Part shown: positions 63,966-64,000 of the stretch, one piece after another
Layout of the letters: each line of letters begins with the position of its first letter
How positions within the stretch are numbered: the first letter of the stretch is position 1
Assembly: GCA_951406725.2 (NCBI GenBank)
Contig: OX597828.1
Span: 71,486,001 to 71,550,000, forward strand
Reading direction: 5' to 3'
Length of the DNA stretch: 64,000 bases
Source: Octopus vulgaris
Taxonomy: Eukaryota
Made by a program: the position numbers and the translations under genes
Notes under the pieces: model-generated
Databases searched by the model: none
What the model was told of the DNA's origin: nothing
Seen by the model: only the letters and a program-made list of their open reading frames with translations

Positions 63966-64000
63966 CCATCCATACATATATTAGATACATAGCGAGAGAT

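Overview
AT-rich, microsatellite-rich eukaryotic DNA. The SINE, LINE and microsatellite make-up resembles a coleoid cephalopod (Octopus-like); this is inference from recalled repeat families, not a database result. One host gene is supportable: a + strand BTB/POZ-domain gene with three phase-compatible exons (2365-2666, 6626-6767, 15135-16208) and no visible zinc fingers. The rest is mostly repeats: a 5'-truncated Penelope-like element (RT+GIY-YIG), RTE, Tx1/L1, CR1/Jockey-like and R4/Dong-like LINE pieces, an internally deleted Ty3/Gypsy element, Tc1/mariner remnants, hAT- and piggyBac-like MITEs, non-autonomous Helitrons and many tRNA-derived SINEs. Most notable: (1) a 10-aa-repeat coding exon bracketed by ~335-bp near-perfect inverted repeats, an architecture associated with circRNA, exon loop-out and ADAR editing; (2) several minimal hammerhead-ribozyme motifs, some in outward-facing inverted pairs; (3) many local inverted or direct duplications, including a decayed copy of a BTB exon inside the gene's own intron. 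All alignments were made by eye; coordinates of degenerate elements are approximate.
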